Of a stretch of DNA of 64,000 nt, positions 12,453 to 25,602 are shown piece by piece. Both the position numbers and the translations under genes were made by a program. This DNA is from Octopus sinensis (lineage: Eukaryota). The notes below the pieces were generated by a model. The model had not been told where the DNA came from. It searched no databases and worked only from the letters and a program-made list of their open reading frames with translations. The stretch is from the NCBI RefSeq assembly GCF_006345805.1, contig NW_021832120.1, forward strand, positions 124,001 to 188,000. Direction: 5' to 3'. Each line of letters opens with the position of its first letter. Position 1 is the first letter of the stretch.

Positions 12453-14043
12453 ATGAATCAAGAAGGTTATTTTTGTTTTTATTTCCCAGTTCTTGGAAGA
12501 GGGTACTACATGTTCATTATTTTGGGGGGCTTCACGTTTATTTGTGCCTACACTCATCGTGTCAATCTAAGTCTAGTGATTGTCCAAGTAGTACAAACTG
12601 ACGATAAAAACATTTCTGGAAACGTGCTTGTTTTAATGACTAATTTCTAGTTTATTGTGAAATGGAATTCTCTCGAGCGGGGAATGGTCCAATCCTCGTT
12701 TTTTCTGGGATATTTTTTGATGCAGTTTACAGGGGGAATGCTAGTAGAAAAATACGGAGGAAAAATGTTGCTAACAATAACACTCTTCGTTTCATCTCTT
12801 CTAACCATTCTGTCTCCCACTGCACTTCTCAACTCTCCATATTCTCTCATCGCACTGAGACTCGCCATGGGGTTGTCTCAGGTCCCCAGTTGCGTCCTCA
12901 TGATAGGGATTCCTCATAACGTCCTTCCAGAAACTGACCGTCCACTGGGTCCCCCACCGACGACAGTCCACGGTGATCGGACTTATATTTTCCGGTATTT
13001 GACGTTGAGTGGACCACCAGGAGCTCAACTGGGGGTTGTGTTTGGATTCCTTCTGACCTCCGCCATTGCTCGACTGCCGAATTCGTGGTCATATTCATTT
13101 TATATTCTTGGTTTGATATTGTAATATTCAGGCTGTTTGGGCTTGGTTTTGGGGGCTGTTTGGCATGTGTGGATGGACAATTTCCCGGAGGACAACAAAT
13201 TTATTTCTGAGCGAGAAAAACGGTATATTGTTCAGAACTGCAAAGAACCAATAAAAATTAAGTTTTCGGTTTGAAATTGACTTTTATTTGTACAGCAAGT
13301 CCCACTAAAGTCAATATTTTTGTCCAAACATTGCATTGCTGTGTTTGCGAACGAATTCACTTCGATGTGGACCACATTCACCAATCTGACTATTTATCCC
13401 AAATATTTATACGCAAAATTCGGATTTCTTACAGAAAATGTGAAAATATGAGTTTTTTGTAGTTCTAGCAAATGTATGCGTCGACTATTCCGTATATTGC
13501 CATCATGCTTTCCATGTCGTTTGTGGGAATTGTTTCTGATTACGTAATCCACAAAAATTACATCAAAAAAATCAACGTTCGTCGGATTTGCATGTTTTTG
13601 GGTTTGTTTTTACGTTTTTTGAACAAAAGGGTCACTTCCGTGTTCTTTCATCTACCTTGCCACCACCTACCTCCCACGGGATGCCGGGAATTTCGCGGTG
13701 GTAATCTTCACCTTCGGGAGCTTCCTCATGGGCTTCCAAATCACGGTGTTGCACAACGTGGTGGACTTGAGTCCCCAGTTTTGTGCCACCATAATGGGAA
13801 TTGCCTCCTCCTTTGGCACATTTGGGGGGACCGTCGCCCCGTTTGTGAACGAAGTGATCACCACAGACCAGGTTGGTTGTTTATGACTGTTGGTAGTTTA
13901 ATGTATTCAATTGGAGGATTGTTTTTACTATTTCTGGGGTGATTGGGACTCTTTCTACTGTCGCGTTCATGCTTTGGGGGACCAGCACACGACAGTCCTG
14001 GGATTCGCTTCCCGCCAGTCGCACTGAGTCGACCATTCTATGA
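12453..14043 (+). CDS. SLC17A: SLC17-family MFS anion transporter (sialin/VGLUT-like)
   Basis: YTHRVNLSL, W...RGMVQSSFFLGY..MQFTGG.LVEKYGGK, HWVPP, DLSPQFCATIMGI, LWGTSTRQSWD. Several 20-30-nt introns. Confidence 0.88.
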
Positions 14044-14189
14044 CATTGGACTCTTAAATAACTTTTTTGTTATATATAATAATCATTCTAGGTAGACAGT
14101 AGCAAGGTTCTAAGGTTTTTTTGTATATGTAAATTAATTTTATTTTAATATTGCTAGTTAATTTTAAGTATAAAATATTTAAATAAATT

Positions 14190-15406
14190 ATGTTGGTTTT
14201 TGTTTTATGTGTGGCATTGGTTTTAATAACTACGATTTTATTATTATCCAAAAAAAAGAAAATCAATGGAAATGGAAAGAATATAATTGTATATATTTTC
14301 CTTTCTTATAAAGATTTCTGGCGGATCCAGCGGGATTGGTAAATCCTTGGCCTACGTGGCTGTCCGATCCGGATTCAACGTCCTTATTATTGCGAGAAAT
14401 AAAGTAATCCTCCACCATATCTCTTAGGAAAGACTTTTCTCTACAGCAAATGAGATTGAGAAATACGCCAGGAAACACAACAGTCAATCTGTTTTATCTA
14501 TATTCCAAAAAGTAGGTTGTTTGGGATATTTCTCTCGATTTAAACCAAGAATATTCAGAAATTGACTCAGCAATCGACAACTTTGTACAAGAACAGGTAA
14601 TAACATCAATAAATTCTAGAAAATAACAAAAATCGATATTTTATTTAATTGCGCGGGAAATTCGCATCCGGGAAACTTTGAAGTGCTGGACCAAAAGTGT
14701 TTTGAGGTGTTTTTCTGTCCTCATCAAAGGATCAAATGTCCTCAAATTTCCATTCGGCAGTCAAACTGACCAGAGCAGTCCTTCCTTACATGAAACGTGC
14801 TCTTTGTGGTAGAATCGTCTTTATTTCTTCCGTCGCTGGCCTTGTCGGTCTCCACGGTTTTACAGCCTATTCTGCGAGTAAGTTTGCATTGAGGGGATTC
14901 GCCGATGCCCTGTCGATGGAAGTACTATGGGTGTCTCAGAGGAGTAGGTCAAGCCTTTCAATGTTGGGGTCACCATTGCCTTCCCCCCTGACACGGATAC
15001 TGAGGGATATCGTACTGAAATGGAATTTAAGGTCTTTTCAGGGTGATCACGTGTAGTCTGAGGAATGTGTTGCCATTTCTGAAACCGCGGGGTTGTATTC
15101 GTCCGATACTGTGGCTGAGACTATTTTTGGGGACACCATGGTTGGTTTTTTGTTGGTTTTTGAGGGAGAAGGCTGGGAAGTATTTCAGTACTGTCGGATT
15201 TGATGGTTTTCTTGTGTCCAATTTGTGTGTTGGGATGTCTCGGTCTTCTTCTGTGCTTTCGACTGTGTTTCAAGTGAGTGGGTTGTTTGATTTGTTAGTT
15301 CATGTGCCTGGGGGTTGTACGTGTAGTAGGTCTGGGATATATTTACTATTTCGACAGAATAGTCAACTCCATTCATTTGCGACGCCAACGAGAGAATTTG
15401 GACTAG
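14190..15406 (+). CDS. KDSR: 3-ketodihydrosphingosine reductase (SDR)
   Basis: Hydrophobic N-terminus, [47 protein letters not shown], and a KDSR-like C-terminus GMSR...YYFDRIV...*. Confidence 0.88.
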
Positions 15407-15626
15407 TTTTTTATTTTCTTATTTGAAGGTTGTTTGTATGTTTCTATAGACGTTCTTCACTTCGTTATTTTTTGGAACTGTTCTAATTTTATTACAACAA
15501 AAATCCAGTTTAATCGCTAGCTTAACATCGATTGACTTGGCTAATTTTATTAGATATTAAATAGTTATATTAAGAATAATATTATTTGGGGACTGTCTCT
15601 AATATTTTTGCCGTATTCCACACATC

Positions 15627-16879
15627 ATGACCAGTTTTAAATATAGGATAAGTCCTCGTTTTTTGACATTCTTGAGGTGTTCTTCCGACTTTTATGTATT
15701 GGTTATCAACATAAATTGTTATTAGATATTTGCGGCTTTCGATTTAGGATCAACTTCAAGTGACTACTCATTTTTAAACTTACAGGGCCAGAAAGACCAA
15801 TTCAGAAGTTATTTTTAATGAGATTTTTAAAATTTTTAAATTAAAGTTTGAAAGTGGTCCAAATAAGGTTGTATATTTATTATTTCAAAATGAATTTAAA
15901 CTTAAGTATTTTTTAATGGAAAACCATAAATGAGATAAAATAATTTGATTTGTGTTAATTATATGAATTTAATTTTTTGGTTCAACGTTACAATTTTCTT
16001 TTCCTCCGTAATATTTATAGTTTGGAAAATAAAATATCAATTAATAGATTCTAGGAATAGCTACAATCTTCGGAACAGTGATTTATGTCTATAAATTCAG
16101 TAACCTCAAATCAGTCGAAAATACATATATTTGGTACGTGGTCCCCATCTCCATATCTTGTGTTTTCGCATTCATTTTTATTATATCTCCTGTTTTTGGC
16201 TTTTGGGCAACGATTAAAGGGGACAAACTGTCACTAATACTAGTTTTAAATTCATAATTTAAACTAGTTTTTAATCGGACTCGTTTTTTCCATTCTCATC
16301 TCAACTGCCACAATAATATATTTCGGATGTTTTCATCGTCAGTTCAACAAGGGCATGCACAATGGTTTAACTAACTTGATGACTCACTACACGTCCAACA
16401 AGATCCTAGTTGACACAATCCAGCAATATGTTTACAATTTTACTTCATTCCACTTCAGTTTAAATGTTGTGGAGCTGTCAATTATTCAACTGAGTACCCC
16501 ACTGGAGTGCCCTCTTCATGCTGCGTATACAAACTTAGTAATTCCTGTTCGGTGTTCTACCGGGTTAGTTATTATTGGTTTACTCGAGACTTGTACTGAT
16601 GTATTTTATTATTACATTCAAACGTATTGGGTCATAGTGTTGGTGGCCTGTGGAATAATCAGCTTTATATTTGTATTTATGATGTAGTGAGTTGTTTAGA
16701 TGTGTAATTTTGTGATTATTGTCATGCTGGTTAGGAAGTGCAATGTTTCCAGTTCTCCGATTATTCGGTCTGTGAAAGATGAACCTTCCCAATTTTCGAC
16801 AATTGGGATCACTAATCTTAACACTGATGTTTTGAAGGAAATACTAAAAGTTCTGAGAGCTAGAATAAATCGAGAGTAA
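15627..16879 (+). CDS. tetraspanin
   Basis: DTIQQ|FKCCGAVNY...GVPSSCC large-loop motifs and flanking hydrophobic segments; multi-exon. Ends approximate. Confidence 0.8.
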
Positions 16880-17169
16880 TTGACTAATCTTGACTCTTTT
16901 TAATAGAAATTTTTTTATTAAGACTGATTTTAATTAAACATATGCGGAAACAAATATACGAATTTATAGTTCAAAGAAAAAACATTAATTTGAATAAACT
17001 AATTTCTTTAAAATTCTCCAGCTGAGATTCGAAGTTTATAAAAATATCAAAAATGAATTTTACAAAACACTAGTTTTTGTTCTTGTATGAATCGTCCGTC
17101 TGCATTAAAAATTCGTCAATATAAAAATGAATATTTGGTATTTGGATTTATAAAAAATTTCTTTGATAA

Positions 17170-17900
17170 TAGACCATACTGCTTGTGTAATAAGTCATTA
17201 TAAAATGATGAAATGAAACCGTCAAAATTGTTGGATCATCTTAGGAAAAAACATTCTAATAAAAAGATAGACCATTAGAAGAATTTTCTTTTTAATCAAA
17301 AAAGGATTGACACTGTTTTTACAAATAGTAATGAAATAAACAATAGTTGTTATTATTTAAAATTGTATATGGGAGGACTAATTGCATCTTATAAAATTGC
17401 AATGATTATTGTCAAAAATGAGAGTTCCCACGTTTCTGGTAAAAATCTCATCAAACCATCTATATCAGCAATTCTATCAGATCTGATGGGTTCAAATCCT
17501 AACGAAATTTTTAAATATGTGCCAATTGACAATGATTCAAACAACCAATCAGTTATAATGGGATATGTGAGGTTGATCTTATTAAATGCTTATTCTTTAA
17601 GATATTTTGACGATCATGTTCTTCTTACAGAAGATTTATTATTCGTCAAATATTTGGAAACTGATACTGCTGGATTTTCTATTTTTCTGTAGTCAAATTA
17701 TTTTTGGATGAGAAAAAGATTCCATGTGAAAATTTGGTCTCTTGGGCCACAAATAGTGGAATGTCTATGGTTGGGAGGTATAAAGAATTTGCAGCATATT
17801 TGAAAAAAATTGTCCTAATGTGATTCATATACATTTTGTTCTACATAGACACCATTTGATTTCAAAAGCTCTTTCACCAATTCTACATGAAACGTTAAAT
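17170..17900 (+). pseudogene. Buster/ZBED5-like hAT transposase, N-terminal part
   Basis: CLCNKSL*NDEMKPSKLLDHLRKKH (BED-like finger), ASYKIAMIIVK...LIKP...VP. Truncated by the pogo insertion at 17902. Confidence 0.75.
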
Positions 17901-17901
17901 A

Positions 17902-19185
17902 TAGTAAAACCTCTCAAATCCACCGTTTCTTGAATCCGCCTGTTTCTTGAATCCGCTTTACTTAATTGTTAACTAAATTAATTATTATTTAAATTACACG
18001 CCACATTGTTTTCTTGAGATGCGTCGTTGTACTAGACTTTATATCAACGAAAAATTTTTTATTCTTCGTTATATTTCTGAAAACCCGTCAATGTGTGCTC
18101 CACAAATTTTAAGAATTTTTTCTGTTAGACTGAAAAAGGCGATTTCTCCGAGAGCAATAAACGATTTTAAGTCAAAACTTGACCCATTAAACAGGACTGA
18201 TATAAAAACATTCAACGCTACAAGAATTCCTAAACTCAAGTTTAATGAAATTTATGAGAAACTGGTAGCGTGGATTAATTTAGTGGAGTCAAAGGGAGCA
18301 ATTTTATCTCATTCAATAATCATTTCAAAGGCTTTTAAATTTGGAGAAAATAATGAAGCATTTAAAGCAAGCCGTGGATGGCTAGAAAAGTCCAAAACTT
18401 GAAATGGCCTTAAGCTAAGAAAACATCACGGCGATATGGGATCAATTAATCATAATGAAAAATCCATTACTGATTTCAACGACATAATCAGTTTAAAAAT
18501 TCACCAATATGGATTGGATAACGTCTATAATGCTGATAAAACCGGTGTTTTTTAAAAGGCAATTCCTTCGAAAAGTGTATGTACAAAATCAAGACCTGGA
18601 ATAAAGTTGTCGAATGATCGATTTTCATTTTTATGTGCAAATTGTTCCGGTGAGGATAAAAGAATGCCTTTGATGATAGGAAGATTCAAGAATTAATTAG
18701 AAATGTGAAATCAATTATGCAATTTTTTATGATGGATTTCTAGAATATTGCTATTTTGAAAATGAAGAACTAATTGAATTTTTGGAAGGGCAATCTCGAG
18801 AAGATGAAAAACCTTAACCAGTATTTGATTTTATTTAGTGACTAAAATTATGAAACAAGTAATGAGAAGGATTATGTTGAAAAAAAAGTTGAGCTATCGG
18901 AAGCTTTCAGAGCACTAGAGACCATTAAAACTTACATTTCTCAAATCAAAAATTCAGATAATGATCACGAAAATATTATTAAAATTGGCGAATTGCTTAG
19001 AAAATCAAATTAAAAAATAAAATTTATGATTTCTTTGAAAAAAAATTATTATATTATTTATATAAATGGAATTCTAAAGATTGTATAGATTTTAAAGATT
19101 GTAACTTGCAATTAGAATGGATTATTTAAAATTTAAATTGTCTCTCGAATCTACCAATTTTCTACCCGGTCCCAAAATCGGTAGT
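17902..19185 (+). mobile_element. decayed pogo/Tigger element (same family as 56525-57776)
   Basis: Left end tagtaaaacctctc; gaatccgc repeats; ORF 18019-18402 with FKASRGWLEK; VYNADKTG. Right end ccggtcccaaaatcggtag is truncated. Confidence 0.85.
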
Positions 19186-19884
19186 TATATCAACAAAATC
19201 AAAGCAAACGGCAAGTATGATCGTTTTTTTAGAAAATTTTTCTATGAGGCTAAAGAAACATTTCCTTTCTGTGCTTCACACTGAGGTTATAATTTTATTT
19301 TATAGGTGCGATGGTTATCAAAAGGAAATGCATTAGAATGATTTTTAATATTATTTGACACAATCGTGAATTTTCCAACTTCTGAGGGTGACAAAAAATT
19401 AGCAGATTTAATTGTATCGAAAAAGAAATAAATTGTTTATTGGACGTGGATTTTTGGAAAATTTAAAGAAATTTCATTAGAACTTCGGGAAAAAATGTGA
19501 CGTTAATAGATTGTAAAATAATTATTCAAATATTTGTCGAAAAAATAAAGTTATATAAATCTAACTTGGAAACAATAAATACACCAGTGAAAGAACGCAC
19601 GCATACATTCAATCGCTCACTATAAAGAAGACCCTTAAGAGCATGATTGTTTCTTTTATAAACAGGGTTGAACCATGGGAAAGAACGTTCGAACTGGACA
19701 AACGAATAAGAGAAATTTATCACCAAATTAGCATGTCTTTAACTTTGCCCCTGCCTGTCAGTACCTCGAAGGGAAAGAGGCGGGCTTGCCTATTTAAATC
19801 ACTTTGCAAATAGTTGATGGAGTGACTAGAAGAAGTTTAATTAATTTTTTTTTATTCCATAACTTTTTAATAACGATATCTAAA

Positions 19885-19955
19885 AGTAAAAAGATAGCCA
19901 AGCTAATTAAAGGCCTCACGAGACACCCGGCCAGCCTCGCGAATGGCGAAGCCTA
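19885..19955 (-). mobile_element. very short 3' stub of RLE retroelement
   Basis: Near-identical to 55050-55120 (ggcctcacgagacacccggccagcctcgcgaatggcgaag). Confidence 0.65.
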
Positions 19956-20034
19956 ATTAATTTATATCTTGATTTGGATTTTAATTAAAATATAATAGTA
20001 TTGATAAAAAAAATAAAAAATAAATTATTATAAC

Positions 20035-20495
20035 ATTCCCGAATTTCAGTCAATTTGTCAAACATTTGATGATGAAGATATTAACAACTTTTTGCAACAT
20101 TTATTCAGTATCGAAAAAAATTTGATTCTCAGATTCTAAGATATTCTTGAAATAGAAATTCCATCTTGGATGATTAATTTTTTTTGTAGAAAAAAAGAAA
20201 AAAATATTCAAGAGCAATTAATTACTTTAGAATTCAATCCAAAATTAAAACTATATTATGATGATTCACAAACGTCAGTTATTTTTTGGCTTATCCAAAA
20301 TTGTGGAACGAAATAGCACAATTGCTACTCTATTTTCAGACATCATACTGTTTTGAATGTTGATTTAGCATTCTACATCGAATTGTAAATAAAGAACAAA
20401 ACAGATTGGATGTGTTTATTCGTTTAAAAATAACACAAATAGACCCAGATATTGAATCTTTGGTCAATAAACATCAGTCACAGGGGTCCCATTGG
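20035..20495 (+). pseudogene. Buster-like hAT transposase, C-terminal part
   Basis: RF*DILEIEIPSWMINFF...AYPKLWNEIAQLLLYFQTSY...NRLDVFIRLKITQIDPDIESLVNKHQSQGSH*. Confidence 0.75.
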
Positions 20496-20719
20496 TATTT
20501 AATTTTTATTTATTATAGATTTATTCTAAAATACTAACTTAACATCGAGTTTTTTATTGAGTTTTGTTTGATATAAAAATATTACTTAGTATTGTCTGCT
20601 GAATATAAAAATTTTAAGGGGTGGATTAAATATAAACAAAAAAGTATTAAACAAAATATATTTTCAGTCAAAACAACAATTTATCAACATCAATGTATCT
20701 CTACTCCCCAGTCCTCCAA

Positions 20720-21452
20720 ATTCTAAAAAAAAGTTGTTCAATTGGATCTGCCTTTCACTTAAATAAACTTACCCAGAGGACATTTTGTAGGACAATATCT
20801 CGAACTTCCTGATTCCTCAACTCGACTTTCCTCAACGACAACCTCCGACCCAGTCAAGTCCCCTCCCACAGTCCGACACGTGTTTTCCTTTATATAGTCA
20901 ATTTGTGTGTCTTCTGGGTGTGTTTCTTCAACTTCTGACTGTCCTTCTGAATATTGACTAGTCGTGTTTACCCCTTAAAGTAGTCATTTCTGGTATGACT
21001 GTCCTCTGAGATGAACTGTCGAAAGATGATTGGTCACTGGGAGGTCAATTTGAGGGTATACTCCTGGTTGAGTGGAATTATTAGTTCGTAGGACGAGCTT
21101 TCTATGAAGATGGTTCTTGGACTCCCAGGGCTTGGGAGGTTATCAAGTTTTGGCACGTTTTATTAGGGAGATTGAAGGCTCCTCGATTATATTTGAAAGG
21201 TTGATATTCTGAGTGGAACTAAGTCGTTCTCGCAGGAACTTTTCACGAGATTTGTCACAGTTCTTCTCTATTGAAATACCGATTGCTTAATATTACTTTT
21301 TTTTGAATGCTTGTTTTCATTCTATTGGATTATATAAAGTATGGAACAACATTATTTGTTTGGAGTTGTTCTTCTTGTGCTTTTTTCTTAAATGGGTTTC
21401 TTTTTTCTAGTTTTTATTAAGAATGGATGTCTTACGGCGTATTGGATCCATG
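20720..21452 (-). CDS. possible uncharacterised low-complexity protein gene
   Basis: GC-richer island with Ser/Glu-rich open stretches on the minus strand and the same skew switch as host genes. No domain recognised. Confidence 0.25.
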
Positions 21453-22056
21453 GTGTCACACAAGATTAATTATAGTTATATTTTTCCGACCAAAAATTAA
21501 ATAATTTATTTGAAAGGTTAACCAAGATAATTTTAAAGATAATAGCTTTAATTTAATAATTAATATTAAATAGTTTCTGGACACTTGATTCTAAATATTT
21601 TATAAACTTTAATCAGCAGAAATTTTGTATTTAACTTGACAAACTTCGGGACATCTAGAAGACCTCTGAAAAACTTTAAGCTAACTTGGATCGGCTCAAC
21701 GCTTGGCTAATAGATAAGCGTCTCCTTGTGCAAAGTCCTCTACGTCCCCTTTTATATTTGATAAAAGATTGGGAAGAAAGACTGTCGTTTTGAAGCTGAA
21801 CAAAGTGGCCATACATTTTAAAAATGTCACACAATTTTAAAAGTGAATCTCAATATGCATCTCTTTTCAAATGTAGACAACACACTTTGAAATGCAAAAA
21901 ATGCAATGTTTTGAAAAGCTTATTGGAAATATGAAAGATGGGTTGTTTTGTCATTACCGAACTCTTTATAATTAAATAAATAAAAATCAAGAACTTTAAT
22001 GAAAAAAATCACCCCAAAATCAAAAATCCGAGAGAATGAAGAACCAATCTAACCAA

Positions 22057-23285
22057 TCATCGAGAGTCGGCGAATCCCACTCGATTATGTTCGAAATCAA
22101 AAACAGTGTAATAACGACGGATGAAAACGTCCCCAAATATCCATAACGGTGAGTCCATTCCATTAATCTTTATCAAACACATTTTAATTGACGGAATCTA
22201 TCAAATTGACAAATAAGTGAAACAACGGGCATAACGTAATCTTCCGGGTTCAACTCAAACATTCTCCCGCCCATATTTATCTTGATAGAAGGAAATCTTC
22301 TAAGCGACAGTCCTTCCACTATAGGCTAAGAATAAATAATCCAAATAAACCATATTTTCTACGATTTGTACTCCCAAAATCTTATGAATTTTGTTAACTT
22401 GGTCGTGAGGACCGATAAGAAAACTGGTCCCCGTATCCGCAATAGCTTCAACGCGGTCAAACGTGACATTAGATAATGAAATACTGTAAATATGATAATA
22501 AAGTCAACCTCTGGACATGAAACTGCCAATACAACTGTTTGCTGACTGGGATATAAGTAATTTCCCCGGTGTAGTGCTTGTCGTCAATGTAGCCAATTGT
22601 TAATTCTCCTCCAATGTTATCATCAGGATCTCTATCATTTATTATAAGCACGTGACTTTGATAAGTAGAATGCAAAAATCGGCTTTTTTATAACTCCTTG
22701 TTTGACCATCTTCTGGATTGGAGGTTCTACATTGTCTTCTGCAATAGAGGGATATGCCAATCCAAATATTCCGTCAAAAGTAGCATCATCAAATGAAAAA
22801 AACGTTTCATTGATTTCTCCAAAAACTTGTCCCTCCACGCGTAGATCTTTCACAGTTAAAACATCTTGGCTGAGATTTCTAGCTACTTTTCCGGATCCAT
22901 ATTCAATTTTAAGGACGCTCCCGTCCTTCTTGTAAGTCGATGACTTTTCGGACACGTATGTGTTGTGTTCTAAATAAATTTACGAAAATGTACCTGGGAA
23001 TTTGTTTCCAGAAAGAACCCACAAATTCGAAGAACCAGTATCAAATATTACGTTAAATTGGCTGTCCAGGTGTCCCGAGAAATATTTCTCCAGAGTAATA
23101 TGCCTGTTGGCTTAAATGAAATATTATGCTTTAGAATAGTTGTGTAGAGCAATGCTAGTTCCTGTGGTCTGAATCCGGTTTGTGTCTTTTAAGTCTGCTT
23201 GGATATGACATGAAGATAGTTTTTTGATTTGTTCAACCCTGATACTTATTTGACATAATTATGCCTGTATTCTGGACTAGACATT
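22057..23285 (-). CDS. pepsin-family aspartic protease (cathepsin D/E-like), with one apparent frameshift
   Basis: [76 protein letters not shown]. An extra base lies between GTPGQ and FNVIFD (about 23060). Start uncertain. Confidence 0.85.
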
Positions 23286-23359
23286 TCAAATTGTAGAGTT
23301 GTTTATTTTTTTTAAAACAAATATGTTTCAATGATAAAAATTGATAATTAAACTAAAAT

Positions 23360-23605
23360 AAAAAATTTATTCAGGGGTTATAGCCCAGCCGAACGGATTG
23401 CTTGCGCGATCCCGCGCACGATTGCGAGCGAGATCCTCTGCCTACATCGAGAGGGCTCGCAAGCATCCATTTTCATCCGAGAAATGAGGATACCGAGGTC
23501 TTTTATGAAGCTTGAGGAGAGCGGCCTGGAAGCGCCTGATGTCTTAAAGGCTACAGGCACGAAGGAATGCCGAATGGCAAGATTCTTGTAATTTTCTACT
23601 TTGCG
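23360..23605 (-). mobile_element. 3' stub of CRE-like RLE retroelement
   Basis: ...FVPVAFKTSG...RQRISLAIVRGIAQAIRSAGL*. Confidence 0.8.
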
Positions 23606-23823
23606 AATTTTATTTTAAAAATACATTTTTTAAATTTATTTAATTCTTACTTTTTTTATAATAAAAATCAAAAAATTGTAAATCCGAGTTTTTCTTTTAC
23701 ATGTTTTTTCATAACCGATGACTATCGCGTAGTCCTAATAATAACAACAATTTTTTAAGTAGAAATTAACATTTGAAGATTCTGACAAATAGAAAACTAA
23801 ATAATTTAGTCAATTATTTTTGA

Positions 23824-24252
23824 GTTATTTTTGATGAAAAAAATGAAACAAATAAACGAGAATTCGATATAACAGAACTGAAATCAATTGAACACGAACT
23901 ATATAAATATTGGACATTTAATCCACAAAATAATCAAAAAACATCAATAGAAGCAACATGGATATCAAATGGAGGAAAATTTGAAAATGAAAAAACTTAT
24001 TTTGAAAAATGTTTAGAATTACGAGAAAAGTTTGATCCTGAAAAGTTTTTGTCTAAAGCAAACATTAAACCTAGCGATTTGGACTTTTCCATGAAAAATA
24101 ATGTTATAAATGCATGTTTAGATATCTTTGGTGTAACTCCAAGAGTAGTAATAAAAAAGACTATACTGGGGAAAATTCAAATATTTTTGGACTCAGATTT
24201 TAAAGCAATAAAATTTAGTCAATTAAATTCTGATATCATTATTCAAAATTGA
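23824..24252 (+). CDS. RNase T2-like protein lacking catalytic motif (gene or pseudogene)
   Basis: 142 open codons: REFDITELKSIEHELYKYWTFN...EATWISNGG...TYFEKCLELREKFD...LSKANIKPS...INACLDIFGVTPRV, matching T2 spacing by eye. Confidence 0.55.
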   Translation, partial: VIFDEKNETNKREFDITELKSIEHELYKYWTFNPQNNQKTSIEATWISNGGKFENEKTYFEKCLELREKFDPEKFLSKANIKPSDLDFSMKNNVINACLDIFGVTPRVVIKKTILGKIQIFLDSDFKAIKFSQLNSDIIIQN

Positions 24253-24760
24253 TGAGAATGAGGATAATTTGTTTGAAAAATGTTTCATTTTATCACTTAT
24301 TCAGAACTTTAAATAACTCCTTCATCTAGAAACCGAACATATGAAATAAGACTAAAAACATATCCGGGTTTAGAAATACCTGGACATCACACAAAATGCA
24401 AAATACTCTAAAAATAAGTTTCTTCAATAAAGTTAGATCAATGCCTGTGAAGATAATTGATTATACGTTCCATGAATACTTGTTATAATATGACTTAATA
24501 AAATCGTCAGTATGACTACATTCACAATCTTCATCTAATTAAGAAAGATGGAAAGGACTTCTTAGCCATTCAACAAAACCAACAATCAAAAGACCATCAT
24601 ATGTCAAATAGAAACCAGAAGCACATCACCCCGATTTAATTTCTTACGAAAACTGTTCCCCGTCCGTTCCGCACTTACGTTGGGTTCAGAGTTCAACATC
24701 GGGAAAAGCTGAGAAAGATCTTGAGGATTGTTGGAATCACGTAATTAGTTACTCTAATTA

Positions 24761-25602
24761 TGTCACGAGCCTAGGTCGTTACCGAGCCTAGGTCGTGACA
24801 TTTCGCTTATTTTTCTATAAAGATTAAAAATTAATTTATCGCTGAGCCTAATAAAATTATTCTTAATATTTAAAATTAATCTATTAAATATTAAAACAAA
24901 AATATCCGGATAACCATACATCCGTAATTGTAATATACATATAAACGCGTGTTTTTTCTGTGTTACCTATGTCGCGTTCTTTTGTAAAAGATATGGATGA
25001 GTATCGATTGCTTGAAAAAGTTTTAACTGGACAAAATATTGAAAATCAATCGAGGCAAAAAGTTTACTCCCTTAAAAAGAAAGCTGAAAAGTTCATTTTA
25101 ATCAATGGAAGAATATACCTTAAACAGCCGTGTGGAAATGGATGATGGAACTACTAAGAAGACACTCATGAAAAGAATTAAAAAAATTTAAATAACATAA
25201 TTGATTGTTTTGTTAATAAAAAAATTCAAAACCTAATTAGCAGAGAAACATTCATGACCGACATTCAAATAGACAAAATTTTCGAATAAAAATACAATTT
25301 TCTGCGTATTTTTCTAATTTAAAGCATTTTGAATTTTTCTTATTTGAAAAAAATAGCAATTCATAAATTAAAATATTATTTTTAGTTGGGGAATCGTTTT
25401 TAAAGCACGGTCTAGTTGGCATTATTTTTAAATTCTATCATCGAAAATATTGGCATCCATTCCATTTTTAAGTATTTGTCATTTTATAATATTTATTTTG
25501 ACAAAGTCGATTTGAAATTGAATTCAAATATTTTTTTTTGAATTTTTTTCTAAGTCCATAAGTGTAACGACCTAGGCTCGGTAACGACCTAGGCTCGTGA
25601 CA
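24761..25602 (+). mobile_element. Ginger-like DNA transposon, internally deleted
   Basis: 40-bp TIRs starting TGT and ending ACA (1 mismatch); 5-bp TSD aatta (24756-24760, 25603-25607). ORF 24960-25145 (LKKKAEKFILINGRIYLK) resembles the region upstream of the zinc finger in Gypsy/Ginger integrases. Confidence 0.85.

Noticed and set aside
23821-23823. TGA read as Trp (alternative genetic code)
   Set aside because: TGA is used as the normal stop in AMPK beta, SLC17, NDUFAF3, CerS and TNPO3.
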